DNA of 64,000 nucleotides from the human T2T-CHM13v2.0 reference genome, Homo sapiens, in NCBI RefSeq assembly GCF_009914755.1, contig NC_060937.1; one strand, given 5' to 3'. The notes under the pieces are model-generated. The model was not told the DNA's origin, ran no database searches, and was given only the letters and a program-made list of their open reading frames with translations. How positions within the stretch are numbered: position 1 is the stretch's first letter; each line of letters begins with the position of its first letter. Below, piece by piece: positions 33,440 to 47,015 of the stretch. Both the position numbers and the translations under genes were made by a program.

Positions 33440-33800
33440 AACTTTCCATGCTTGAGTCATGCATTAGCTTTTGACAAGTTATTTTATTTAACTCTCCCTC
33501 TTGGCAATCGCTACCTGTGATGACACACAAAGCGGGAAACTACATCCCAGCAGCTACAAATAATAGCAAGCAATCTTTTGAACTATTTGCCTTGAGGAAA
33601 GGCTAAAAAGTTATTGAGTCGTGAGTGCAGTTTGCCACGTCACGATGTATTTCCCACTGTTTTCTTAGGCTATTTTCTTTGCCTCCTTTAAGATATTTTC
33701 TGGAAACTTTTGCTGAACGGTAGCCAATTGTGAGCGAAAGCTTCTGTAACCATTCTCTTGCTGAAAGTAACTCGGAGATCTCATTTTGCCACATGGAAGA
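33440..33800. promoter_or_regulatory. Candidate enhancer
   Basis: Non-repeat; 8 CpGs in about 270 bp; TGAGTCA at 33453-33459; TGCCACGTCA at 33633-33642. Confidence 0.45.
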
Positions 33801-34349
33801 CAGCAGACTCTCTACTTCTCTTCCCTTAGGTCACAATGGCCTATAGGATATTGCTTTTAGAAGCAATGCTATAAGGAACCCTTTTTCTTGCACCAGTAGG
33901 AGGTAAGTCAATTCTAAGTGCTAGGCAGCATGTTTTTGTGCTTGCAGGTCCAGAACTGTGCAGACCCATTTCATTCACTTGCTTTTATGCCTTTATGGAA
34001 TAAAATGTTCAGGTTTCATTTAGGTTAACTCCCTGAGCATCCAGAAAGTCTACAATTTTTGACTAAGAATTCTTGTGACTTTGGGAGGCAGCTCGGCAGA
34101 GGTCCAAGAATACTACATATGCCTGTCTTCCTGTGCAGCACCAAGTTCTATTTAATTCTTCATTTGCCTCCCTTTATATAATGTCTGGGAAAAGTTCACA
34201 TTATAAGCAAATATATGGAAGCATATTCTTAAACTACAAAACTCTTTCGAGTGGCATTTTGTGAGAATTATTCAGAGATTTGAGTTTAAGAAATATGTTC
34301 CTATATGTTGTTTACAATGAGGATCATTCTAATTTCCATGAAAAAAAAA

Positions 34350-34525
34350 ATGAAACCTGAATTTGAATCCAACTCCACTCTATAAAGCTGTGCAACCTAG
34401 AATGAATTACCTAACTTGCTGCATCTGAAAACTGGGAATACTAAATAATACCTACGCCTCTAGATTGTTGTAAAGAAGTCATAGGAGGTTAGTACAACAT
34501 CACCTCCATAGTAAGTGCTTCATAC
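34350..34525 (+). mobile_element. MIR
   Basis: cctgaatttgaatcc...catctgaaaactgggaata. Confidence 0.6.
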
Positions 34526-35527
34526 GTGAAGGGTTTGTGCCTTTATCCTCATTCAAACGGCTTCTCAGGGCTCAGGAAGTCCACCTGGAGACCAGAAAGG
34601 GAGGACAGAAATCAGAATGATGATATCTTTACCTCATCCACGCAAACCAGTTCAGACACATTCAAAGTTCTTCAGCCCAGGGTAATGTTTCACCTCCCTT
34701 CTGCATTTTGCTTTTAGTTCATTGCTCACCATTGGGAAGTGTTCTGTATATTGAGTACGTGATAAGACCTTCAGAAATGTCAAATAACAAAGCCATTAGT
34801 TGCCTCAAGAAATTAGCTGATCCTTGCCTGCTTGTTTCTCAGAAAATCAGTAATTTTTTTCCAGGTTTTTGAAATGAAGGAACTGAGTCTTACAGAGCAT
34901 TGAAGATTTTTAAGGCATGCACCATTTTTCCCTTTTCTTCTGCCTTGGTATCCACACGTCTCAAAGAAATTCGGCACAGATTAGAGATACTGGCCCAGAG
35001 CAAGAATGGCTTGTACATTATGGTGAAAAGAATTTCTAATTTATTTCATACAAAGACTTAGCCACATATTTTGTCATTTTTTTAATAGTTTGAATTCCAT
35101 TTGCAGCATTTAGTCTACTGATTTGATGCTGGCAATGATATAAAAATTTGGCTTTATTGAAACATGTTGCTTGAATTTAAAGCATACTGGGGTATTTATG
35201 GCCTCTGTTAACTCGTTTTTTAAAACACCCACTAGTAGAATGACTTCACTGGTCAGCATAATTGCTCGGCTCTCTCCCTCTCTGGGGGTTGGGAGGGAAG
35301 TGGATGGTTTAGAGCTTAGAAGTAGACTTAGTAATATGATTTCACGAAGTCAGAATCGCCAATTCCTCCCCTCCATGATGCCTGGCATTCTAAACAGAAA
35401 ACCTACTCCTTCATTAAGGCTTTATTTCTTGTTATTTTTTAAAAGCAAATCCCTTTGATTGGCACCACTGTTCTATTCCTGGGCCCTGGTGTGCCCTCCT
35501 GTCTCAGTGATATTAAATGTCAGGAAA

Positions 35528-35806
35528 GGTCGGGCACGGTGGCTCACGCCTGTAATCCCAGCACTTTGGGAGGCTGAGGCGGGAAAATCATGAGGTCAGG
35601 AGACAGACCTCCTATCCTAGCCAACATGGTGAAACCCCATTTCTACTAAAAATACAAAAATTGGCCATGCATGGTGGTGCACGCCTGTAGTCCCAGCTAC
35701 TCAGGAGGCTGAGGCAGGAGAATCACTTGAACCCAGGAGGTGGAGGCTAGAGTGAGCCGAGATTGTGTCACTGCACTCCAGCCTGGGTGACAGAGCAAGA
35801 CTTAAA
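35528..35806 (+). mobile_element. AluS (Sc/Sg-like) lacking normal tail
   Basis: Dimer ending cagagcaagact; TSD taaatgtcagga at 35514-35525 and 35807-35818. Confidence 0.92.
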
Positions 35807-36375
35807 TAAATGTCAGGAGAGCAATCTGAGGTGAATCTGCCAATAGCACGCTGAAAACCTGATCAGTGCTTCTCGGGGAGACTGAGCAATTAGCCCTCTC
35901 CCAGCCTGGGCTCCTGGGTATCCTGGTTTTCTTTCTAAGCAATAGTTCTAAACTTTACCCAGTAACTCTGTCTAACCCAGGAAGGAGTCAATCTTGTTAT
36001 ATATTAGTCATATTCTTCCCTTTCATGACTTGCTTAGAAGCACAAATCTGGCCAAAACTGCTCTCCAGGCCTTTGCCCAAAGAATGTCCCTGACTCCAGT
36101 TACTATTTTTGTTTTTCTCCCCATAATAGCACTGCTACCATAAATTAGGGGCCTAACTACTATAGCTCAGTTAATGAACTATGCACAATCCAGATGTAAG
36201 CAAAACCTTTACCTCTATTTGGTCAGGTTTCTATTACTTGCATATGATTACAAGGATGCAAACTGTTCCATCTTCCTACATGTTTTATTTCCTTGATTGA
36301 TCTCTCTCCTTCCTGGAGGTTTTGTCATCTGCATAGTTTTACTGGAATGTACTAATTTCTTTCTGTTTCCTCCAG

Positions 36376-36418
36376 ACATGGTGCTTTGCCCTTTCTCCTA
36401 TGCAGTAGATCCCCTCTG
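36376..36418 (+). ncRNA. Candidate 43-nt internal exon
   Basis: tactaat branch point, polypyrimidine tract, ccag acceptor; CTG|GTTGGT donor. Confidence 0.3.
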
Positions 36419-36692
36419 GTTGGTACTTCTCACACATTCTCTTCTAGCAACCTGTGACTTCAAGGTCATCACTAGTCTTAATGTAAATGTACACACTTAA
36501 ATGTATATGGAGATCTGAGAACAGATTTGGCACTATCACTATCTTGTTATGACTTAGGGACTGACTAAGCCCAGTATTATGGCTTCAGAGGCTGAAGCTG
36601 GAGTGAGAATTGTGATCTGAGGCAAAAGCTGAAGAATGAACATATTGAAAAATCAGTTAGGATTCCAGAAGATGGATCTTGAGAGTCTAGAG

Positions 36693-36890
36693 AAGTTCTA
36701 TCCAATGGAACTTTCTGGAAAATGGAAATGTTCTATAATATTGTGTGTTGTAGCCACTAGCCGCATGTGGCTACCAAGTACTTGAAATGTGACTAGTGCA
36801 ACTGAAAAACAGAATGTTAAATCTTATTTTCTTTTAGTTAATTTTAATTTAAGTAGCCACAGGTGAGTAGTGGCTATTCTGTTGGACAGT
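36693..36890 (+). mobile_element. MER3 (hAT-Charlie)
   Basis: tccaatggaactttctg...tagccactagccgcatgtggcta...ttggacag. Confidence 0.82.
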
Positions 36891-37589
36891 TTAGAGGGAA
36901 CTGTACATATTCTAAGGGGTGAGGAGGGAATGCTAAATCCTAGACATAGACCCTGTAGTAGGGAACCAAAAGGACATTATACTCAAAGGCAAGCTGGACA
37001 GCAGTAAAAGAGAATGGACAAGAGGTCACTCCAAGCATCTTTCTAGAAAACTAGCCTCACTACTTGCCTTGTTGGACAGGTTGAGTTGTGCTTAGAATTT
37101 TATAAATGAGCCCTGTACCAAAGATATCTAGATGATCCTTTTGGGCTCCAACTTTCCTTCTTTAAGGGATCAGTGAGATTTCTCTGAAAGGTGGCACAAA
37201 GCTCAAACACCATAGGGATCAGCAATAAAGCTTTAACTTTTGAAAGTCAACTATATAGCTTTGATTTCAATTATTATTTATTTTTTATTTAAAAGAGTTT
37301 CAGTTAAATCCATGTAGATTCTTTGGAAACATTAAGTATTTATTTATTATTGAAAAAATGTTCCTCACCCTTTAGAGATCTCAGGGCACTTGTTTTAAAT
37401 AAAATATCTAGAAATAGCTGTAATAAAATTAGCTTAAGGATGGGGTCAGATAGGACCTCGAACAATCAAAGGCAGGCCTAGAAACTGGCAGCTTGCATTT
37501 CTAGGCTGTATAAGTTTCCAGGAGAGTAGCAGCCTTTATCATCCTGTACTGTAGCATAAATCAGAATCTACTCAAGAATGTTTAAGAAG

Positions 37590-40030
37590 AAAAAGAATAT
37601 ATTATTTGTACATTTATGTAAAAAATATTTCACATGTCCAGCACCATTCTTGGAGCTGTGTATAAAGGAGTTACAAAACAGATGTATCCCCTGCCCTCAA
37701 GGAGGGAGACAAGATGATTAACAAATATGCAACTAATAAATACATATAATGTGTCAGAAATTGATTAATGTAATAGAAAGGACCAAAATAGAACAAAAAA
37801 ATCATGAACTGAATGCTGGATTATAGGGGGATTATTGCTATTTTACACTGGGTGTTTAGGGAAAGCATCATGATAAGACAATATTTGATCATAGACTGGG
37901 AAAAAAAGTGAGCCATATGCATATTGGAGAAAAACCTTTAAGACTGAGGAAGCAACAAGCCCAAAGGCCCTAAGGGGAGAGCCGAATGCCATGTTCAAGG
38001 AATACTGAAGACTGTTCTGGGGAAAACTGGGGCAGAAGATCTGGGGGAGTGTTAGATCTTAGAAAGGCAATGGGAGCCAGATCATGTTGGGCCTTGAAGG
38101 CTATTATAAATATCTTTGATGCTGAAAAGTGTTATTCAAAACTGTGAGATCAGATGCAATCACCTAGGACAGTTTGGGCACTCCACACACTTACTTACAT
38201 ATCAGAAAAATGAGGAAGAATCCTCAAAAGAGACTTAGAAAGAGGGGCTAATCCTGTAGGGGCAGGAGAATAATGTGCCAGAAGGCAAGTGAGAAATGTT
38301 TCAACAGGAAGAAGTTATCAATGTAAGTGTTGTTAACAGGTCAAGTAACATGAGGGATATGAACTACTGTTGGATTTTGCAAGGTGAAAGTCTTGGTGAT
38401 TGATAGAGTAGTTTGGAGTGACTGACAGAGTAGTTTGGAGATAGGTGAGAAGAAAGGAATTCTTGCAGTAGCTTAAGTGATAATGGAAGAGGGAGTGAGG
38501 AGATAGTGAATTAGGAGACTCTTCTACAGAGTTTTGTTTTAAAAGGAAAGATAATGGTCATGGGAGGCCATGGGACTAGAGATGGACTTGTAAAGCTGGC
38601 AGAAATTTTACTGTATTTGTGTCTCAATGGAAATGATAGAGCAGAGAAGAAACTGTGATAATCTAGGAGAGTGAGGGTAATTGCTGAAGAAGATGCTTTT
38701 GATGAAGTGAGAGGAGGTGGGATCAGGTACATAGCTGGAGGAGCTGGCCTTAGACAGGAGCACAAACTGGTACCAATACAAACAGAACAGAAGGCAAGCA
38801 CATGGGTATAGGTGCAGGTAGGTAGGTAGATGTTGGGATGGTAGTGTGTGGAAGCCCTATTTTATATTTACATTTTCCCAGTGAAATATAATGCAAGGTG
38901 ATCAACTGCTGAAAGAGAGATACTGGACATTCAAGAGAGAAAAGAAGGTGTAAACTAGATGTCTAAAAGGGTGAATGAGTAAAAGTCATCTTGGTGGATG
39001 GAATTAAAAGAACCGAGGGAAGGACATTTCCAGCCAAGAGAACTACACTGAGTGTCTCAAGTGTGGCTGCTGTCCTGGCAGGGATGGTGTGTGTATGAGA
39101 TGGGATTGGTGGAGAACATGGTGGAAGGTGAGGTTAGAGAAGGAGACTGAAGCCTGACTATGAAGTGTACAACTTTAAGATTTTTTTTTTAATATTCTGC
39201 AGGTGAGGAATTGTCAAAGTATTTATGTTTGTCTATTGGCTTGATATTTCAAGACCCCTTTATTCAAATCATGCACAGGGTGTCTAGCTATACTGGAGCT
39301 TCCTTGGCTAAACTAAGAGACAGGAGAGAATAAATTTCCACCCTTTCCCCCTTGTTGGTCTGTGAGGCACCTGTGTGGACTCCTGTGGTTCCAACAGTTT
39401 CAGCTGCACTGACAGAGGGTGGCCAAAGGACCATCAAGTAGGAATACTATGATTATTTCATGCTTTAAGATGATCACTTTGACAGGTGTACGGAGTAGGA
39501 ATTTAAACTGGAAGAATCTGGGGCAGGAGACACCAATTGGAAGCCCACTATAAGTGGCTTACTACTGACAGGACAATAAGGGTGTATAGGGACTGGAAGG
39601 GCAGGGATAGCGGGGTGGGGAAGACAAATGAGGCTATTGCGATGACTGGATTTAGGGAGAGAAGGAAAAAGAACAGTCAATACTTTGTATTCATGAGGTG
39701 GTAATAGGCAATTCAGGACATTCAGATAATAAGTTAGTTTTTGTATAACTTCAGTTTGTGGTATTGGAAAGATATTTAGATAGAAGTATTCAATATATAG
39801 GGAAAGTGGGCCTAAAGTCAAGGAGAGAAGTGGAACTAAAGATGTAGATGCAGAGATATTGGCAGCTGATACCACAGATATGGACAGGCTGGACTCAGGA
39901 AAACAGGCAGAGGGAGAGGAAAAGGCAGCAAGGACAGAACTCAAGAGCATGCAGCATTTTGAGAGGCTCAGACAGAGAAGAACCAGCTTCTGTGACTCAG
40001 GCACAGTCAGAGAAATTGGAGGAGACCCAG
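37590..40030 (-). mobile_element. L2 fragments
   Basis: cccctgccctcaagg, aaggccctaagggg, gggagccagatcatgttgggccttg; purine-rich. Confidence 0.7.
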
Positions 40031-40129
40031 TTATTGTTCATCCTACAATTTTCCCATCATTCATTCTGCTCATGTCCATTTCCACACCCCTGAAGAGGAA
40101 GTGTACTCACTTAAGCCAACGGATGCTTA

Positions 40130-40405
40130 CCAGTCATGACACACACCATATCTGAGCAGAAGCTTTAATTGTTGTGCATGCAATGTCTCTGTTTCTTTTG
40201 TTCCTATCATCCACTGTGACAAGAGGATGGGCCAGATGGTGGCTAATCCTTCATCATGGGTTCCAAAATGAGAAGACACATGGATCCCTGCCAAGGCTAT
40301 AGCCAATCTGCAGGTCCCATGCAATGTGAACAAGAAATAAATATTGGGTTTTGAAAGCCATTGATTTGGGGGTTGTTTGCAGGTGCAACAAAAGCTGACT
40401 AACAC
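40130..40405 (+). mobile_element. MLT1I/J-like LTR 3' part
   Basis: aagaaataaat...aagccattgatttgggggttgtttg...gctgactaaca. Confidence 0.6.
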
Positions 40406-40999
40406 TCTAATATTAAGGGAGTTTTGGGAAAAAGAGTAAAGGAAAAGGGGGTGTCAAATACTGCAGGGACGACAATAGCATGGGAATTGAAAAGAAGCAA
40501 CTGACTTTGGTAAGCCCCAAGAGTGTGAATAGCAGCACACACCTGTATGAGTCCAGGATCAGGGCTTACCTTGGGCAAGACAATACAGCCTATTTTGGAC
40601 ACTCCCTGTCTTTTGGTTACCTGACATTTCCCATGTATTTTCCCATCTTAGTATCTCCTGGTATCCCTCAAAAACAGAATCTTTGTTATGTAGTTAACTG
40701 TCCTTTGTATGAGGGTCTCAGATTCAAGAGACTTTGAGACTAAAAGATGTTTAGACTCTGTGAAAAGAGTGAGTGGATAGGGGTGCCTCTAATCACACAG
40801 TTGCCTACCCAGAAAAAATTCTGTCCTTGGTAGAATTCCTTATTATTACCTTGGCTTCAAGTGGTCTTTGTCATATCTGTTTAAAATTGTACAAGATCAA
40901 AAGGGTTATCCAAGAGCTATAGATTCTGCCTAGCTACATATAATAAAAGAGCACTCAGCAGGGCATGCAACTTGAAAGTCAGTCCCTGGTGACCATGTG

Positions 41000-41230
41000 C
41001 AGAGGACAGTGGCTGTGAGCTTCATATTTAGGTTTCATATCCAGGCTCAGAAAATTCCTAGATGTGTTAACTTGGACAGTTGTTTAACTCTCTCTACCTT
41101 AGTTTCCTTTTTTATAATGTAGAAAAAAGAATAATATCTTTTGCAGAGTTTGATAGTGTTTAAATCAGAAAATGCTGAAGACGTACTTAGAGTGATTAGT
41201 ACATAGCCTCAATAAATGTTAGTCATTAGT
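41000..41230 (+). mobile_element. MIR
   Basis: ttaactctctctaccttagtttcc...ctcaataaatgttag. Confidence 0.65.
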
Positions 41231-41379
41231 ATATGTGTAATGCTATTCATATTACTACCCTATTTCTTAAATTTACTTTTATATGTAATAGAAGTCACAG
41301 CTTAACCCTTAACTGGGATTTAGATATGACTGTACATCAACTAGCAGGGCTGCTGCCAGGAGTCCATTTGAATGAGGGG

Positions 41380-41444
41380 TTTTTTGTTTTTTTTTGAGAC
41401 AGAGTCTCACTCTGTCTGCCAGGCTGGAGTGCAGTGGCATGATC
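41380..41444 (-). mobile_element. Severely 5'-truncated Alu
   Basis: About 50 nt of Alu 3' end plus tail; TSD tgaatgagg at 41369-41377 and 41445-41453. Confidence 0.88.
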
Positions 41445-42829
41445 TGAATGAGGCTTTTTAGTGAAAGGAGGGTTAGAGAGCTTTCTCCTCTGCTGACAAA
41501 AGAGACAGCTTGGAGTGGGTCCCCTTCCTGGGTCTCCATCTCACAGTTGATAGGGTCCCCTTCTTGGCCCAGCCCAGCCAAATCTAGCTGATTCAATTCT
41601 AAGAACTGAGAACTGAAATCTATGGAAAGAGGGGCTGTATTTCTCATGAGGCACTATTTTTACAAGGATTCTTCTGGATAGGAGGGTAAAACAGCAGTGT
41701 TCACTCAAGAACCTGAGAATTGGGGAGGCTTTCTCATTCCTTCCATATGGAGCAGCAGCTCCAAACTAGAGATGATTCTGATTGTTTGCTTCACACTGAC
41801 ACCTCGAGGCACTTGGACAGCTCCTAAAGACAGCATCTTTGCCAAGAACGCCAGATTCCATGGTGACACTGGGGCTGTAGCCATGAGACATGCATGCACC
41901 AGGTGGGTTCTTGGGCAATGAACTTCAGTGATGAGATTAAAGCAGAAGAGTAGGAAAAGGTCACTTGAGAATTCCTACATGACTTCAGAGATTCCCAGAG
42001 AGAATTTTCTGAGATACGGGAAGCGTGTTAGGAGCTGTGGCTAAGAATGAGCAAATCATGGATAAGTATTATGAATTGGCCACATTTTAATTCCTAGTGT
42101 GGTGTAGCCTGAGACCAGAGAGGACACAGGCTTGGAGTTATGTAGTTGAAAAGGGGGCTGCTCTTACAAGACAGTGTATACCCTTCTGGTAAATTGATCG
42201 GATTCCTCATATCCTCAAATTTCCTCCACCTCCCCCAGCATGTGTGTGAAATTTCACATTACTTGCAGTTTTACATCCCTTCGTTTCTGGGATTCAAAAT
42301 CCATTTTTTTCTAGAAAAAAATTATAACTTTTATTAGAAGTAGTGCTGAGTTTATGAAGATAATACAAGACTCTCTTTTTCAAGACAGCAAGTGTGAAGA
42401 GCATAAGGATATAAATTTATGAAATAAGTTGGGGAGGGGCTAATAGTGGAAATTATGGAAAGGTGGGAAAGTCACAAAATAAAGGTTGAAAGCATAAAGG
42501 TTGTGGCATGGAGACAATTTTTGTCAACTTCACAGCTCTGATTAGGCTCTACGCTAACACTCAATTTAACAAAGTAGAACTATGCATTCTCTTACCAATT
42601 CACTACAGAGGTGGTCTTTTATTCAAGTGCTGAGCATGTCCTAAAGATTGTGTCTGTGTGTGTTACATAATACAATACTAGCTGCTGTTCCAGCTAAACC
42701 TTAAAATTTCAGTGGTTCAATGCAACAGAGTAGAGGGTGGGGGGCAACAGAGTAGAGGGTGGGGGTTGTGTGCTGGACTTGGCCATGCTTAGCTTTTGAC
42801 TTTCAAGGTTGCCCTGGGTGTGGATACAA

Positions 42830-43200
42830 AGATTCACCACCTCATCACCCTTCAAAAAGATACTTGCTGCCCCAGCTGTAGGGCATGCCTTCAGATGTCA
42901 TCTCCTTTCAGGATTGCCTCTACTATAGAGAACTGCCATACCTGTGGTCACTTTCTAGAGTGGCCCACAACTAGAGACTAGTAAGCTCAGCTTCGATGGG
43001 CTGTTTTAGCTCTTGAGTGCCCATGGGGTATCCAAGCTTCTCATCAGGTCTGCTTCACAGCCCGACTTGTTCCTCTGCCCAATCCTGCTTTTCCTCTCCC
43101 TCCCATGGGTATTTATCCCAACACACTCCCTAATAAAAATCTAGCTCAGAGTCTAACCTCCATTTCAGAGTCTGCTTATAACCTAATGCAACCTAAGAAA
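42830..43200 (+). mobile_element. LTR16-like ERVL LTR within an older LTR33/MLT-like remnant (about 42660-43330)
   Basis: cccaatcctgcttttcc, actccctaataaa, tttcagagtctgctt. Confidence 0.65.
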
Positions 43201-44350
43201 CTCTGAGAATTAATTAGTAGCTGGTAATGGGAGAATGCAGAGGAGGTCACTCATGGACAGTTTTGATCTGAAAGGAGCACATATCACTTCCACTCACAAA
43301 ATTAATTAAAACTCAATCATCTGGTCAGTCATCTTGTGAAGAATCAAAGATACCCTGAAACACTGGATGCCTTACCCAAGAAGATAACGCCTAGTCCACA
43401 ATTCAAATTATTGGGTTCCTCATCTTCCTGATAATTTTGTATGATTTTCTTTTTGACATTAGACAAACAAAGCTATGTAACCCTCTATCTCTTCATTTTG
43501 TCTTTGTTTCAGGAAAGTTCAGAAACAAATTCAGAAATAAATTATAGCAACTGTGTAATCCCTTACAGAATACATTTCTTATTTTTCTCAATGTCATGAC
43601 CTATTCTTCTAATTTATCTTTGCCCTGATACTCTTTTTTCCTTTTTTCATTTATATTTGATCATGTTATTGTGTTTCTGCTGCAATCATCTCAAATTCTT
43701 TTTTTAAAGAATGAGTCAGGGTATATGTAAATAAGTGAATAAATAAATAAGAGCATGATTCCGTATTCTGTATACCATAGCATCCTATTACAAACTCTTC
43801 CATTACAGTTGGGTATTATCACAGGAACATTTCCATCTCATTATAAAATGAATTGACTAAACGTACAGAAGGTCTGGTGTGAATAAAAATTACATGCCAG
43901 GCACCTATTAAATAGCTCCTATTAGAACTTCTGATTTCCAGGCAGGAAATGGCAATGATTTATGATTCATTTTTAAACTTTTATTTTAAAGAATAGGTAC
44001 CTATCTGGCAGATAAAATTTAATTATATTTAATTTTTCTCAAAGGAATTGTATTATTGTTTTGCCAGCCACTCAGGTTATGTATTACAATCCTCCATTTT
44101 ATGGTTGACAAAACGGGTTTGGAGAGGTCATCGCTCATAGCTACAAAATTAAGATGCAGAAGCACTGTCCTCTTGGGCTTTTTTTTGTAATTAAATCCTC
44201 TGTCTAATTTAGAAAAACAGCCCCATACAGGATTTCAGTGCCATTGTAAAAAGAACATGACAGCCAATATCTGTGTGTTTCCATTCTACCACCTTTGACA
44301 TACCCACCTACGCAGACTTTTATCTTCGGTTATGTGCTTCTGATATATTT

Positions 44351-44640
<290 letters not shown>

Positions 44641-45558
44641 TACTCCTGATATTTGAAATGACAATTCTACTTTAGGCTTTTTCTTTCTTCTCCTCTCATC
44701 ATCCTGTGAGCATTTGTTCCTCAAAATCCAGCCCCACTCTGTCCTCTCTACTGGTATCCCCATTTTGGTTTTCATTTCTTACGCTCAAGGCAGGCAGTGG
44801 GTCTTGTCCAGTTCAGAGCTTTAAAGGAGATTTGTGTATATGTGCTTTGCAGTGATAAGCATCCAAAAAGTGTCTCAAGGGACCCTGAAAAAGGCACAGA
44901 GCCTTCTGTGGCAAAACCCAAGCTTGAGGCTCAAAAAATCTCAGCTAAGGTGAACTGTTTTCTGAGAAGCCTTTGGTTTGTAAATGCTTTCTTACCACTC
45001 AGGGGCAGCATGTGTTTCTCTGGAATTTGGTTATGTGCGTTTTAGCTGATGCCTTTCTTCATCATTATATTTTAAACCATATATCTGGGAGATCTCAAAC
45101 TCCAACTGGGCTCTGAAAAAGGTGACAAATTGATCTAGAATCAATAAAGGAAATACAGCTCTGTCCTCCACTGATAATTCACTTCTATGGGGTGACTTAT
45201 AGCTTAAGCTTCTCTGGTATGATACATCAGCCGTGCCCGCCCTTTACATCTTCCTAGTGGGGCATATATTCTTCTCAAGATTATAGTTGTGCTTGCAGTT
45301 CCCTAAGTGATTTAGTCCCATTGAAACAATGATATTTATATGTTTGTGTATTTATTTACTGCTTATCCATTCACTCATTTCCTCATCATTCACCTACTTA
45401 TCCGCCAAACATTTTTTTATCGTCTTCTAAGAGTCAAGTGTTAAAATATAACTTTCATGAAAGCAAGAGCCCTGCCGATTTAGTTAATTGCTATATCCTC
45501 AGGCCTTAGTACTGTGGCTATCACTGAATAAATATTTGGTAATTTAATAGAACACCTA

Positions 45559-47015
45559 TTGTGGCAGAGATTGCTAGTTGCCTACACCAGCATCCATTCT
45601 TTCCTTTAGCCCTACTTTAGAGAGCCCTGATTTTATATAGGCATATTGCCACTGAACCCTTCTTGCAGCTAGTTATGGCCATGGGATTTTATTCAAGTCT
45701 GTGGCATTAAGAGTAACTGCAGTGTGATACTACTGGGGAACTTCTTAAAAGGGGTTGTTTCAGCTACACAAGATTCTCTTTTTGACCATCTATTTACCTT
45801 CTCTTCTAGCTTGCAACATACATTGTTATTCTTGTGATTGAGAAATAATAATAATTTATATAGAGAAGGTGCACAAACATTAATCATGTAAGTCAATGGA
45901 TTTTCACATGCACATATACTTGGGAAACCATTACCCAGATTAAAATATAAAATATTTCCAGAACCTCAGAAACCTCCCTTATGACTATCCCTGTCAATAA
46001 CGTTCCCAGGGGAAAAAGTTGGATTTGTTTTGCTTGATTTTGAATTTCATGTAAACAGAATCATACAGTTTATCAGCCAAGGTCTCATCAGGAGACAGAA
46101 ACAATATCATTAATTTGAACAGGGAAAAATTAATATAAAGAATCATTAAACAGGAAGGAATAGTTAATCACTAAAATGGTTAAGAGAGGATTAGAAGGAA
46201 GACAAAAGTAGCAAAACAAACTGCATTTAGATCTGAGAGTGGTCAATAAGAAACTAGGAATTTAAAGAAGGCTGTACTCTCACCCCTGGCATTTGTACCT
46301 GGTTGGAGAGGGTTTAGTTGTCACGGGAACAGGCAGCCTGCTATGGCCAAGAACTTTTCTGGAAGGTGTGAACTAGAACTGGCCCATAGAAGTGGCCTGC
46401 CTGTTGATGGAGGAATTTGCTGGAGGGCACAGCCCTGCATGGATTTGTGGGGGCTGCTGGAGTGAGCACTACTGGGCAACTCAAATGCCAATCTGCCAGC
46501 TGCTGGACACACCAAAAACAGTATCGTGGAGCCATCAGGGAAAGCCGTTTTTGCTGCAGATTTGCAGTGATCCTCCACGGCCATTTTTGGACAAGCCTAA
46601 TATTGAGTAAATTGGCTAAGGAGAATGTTTATAGGGTCAAGTGCTAGTATCACAAAGGCAGGGCAAAGAGTAGATGTGGAGCTGAGAGGCAATAAATCAA
46701 TAACTGCCACACATAGTATGTACTTTTTTTGTGTGCCTGTCTTATTTCATTCCTAATTATATGAAGACTGGATTTGATAGCTGGAGCTCCAGCAACTGCC
46801 TGGAACTAGGAAGTGACTTTGAACATGGAAGCCGTGTTCTAACATGGTAAGCAGAACGATAAGAACCTGAGTTCCTGGTGACAGCAATGGAGCATCCCTA
46901 CCAGCCCAGGACTTATAAATCTGAACTTTTTTTTTTTTTTAACGTTAGAGGGAAATACTACTTTCTTTTGTTTAAGCCGTGTGATTTTTTTTTCCCCATC
47001 AAATAGCAACTAATA
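45559..47015 (+). mobile_element. MLT1I/J-like LTR interrupted by L1ME (about 45840-46760)
   Basis: Starts tgtggcagagattgctagttg; resumes gatagctggagctccagcaac...ttttgtttaagcc. Confidence 0.65.
46070..46711 (-). mobile_element. ERVL LTR (LTR41/LTR52-like)
   Basis: tcaggagacagaaac...gaacagggaaaaattaatataaagaat. Confidence 0.55.

Noticed and set aside
39474-40004. 176-aa minus-strand ORF
   Set aside because: Lies in degenerate L2; Ser/Leu/Pro bias reflects composition; no recognisable domain
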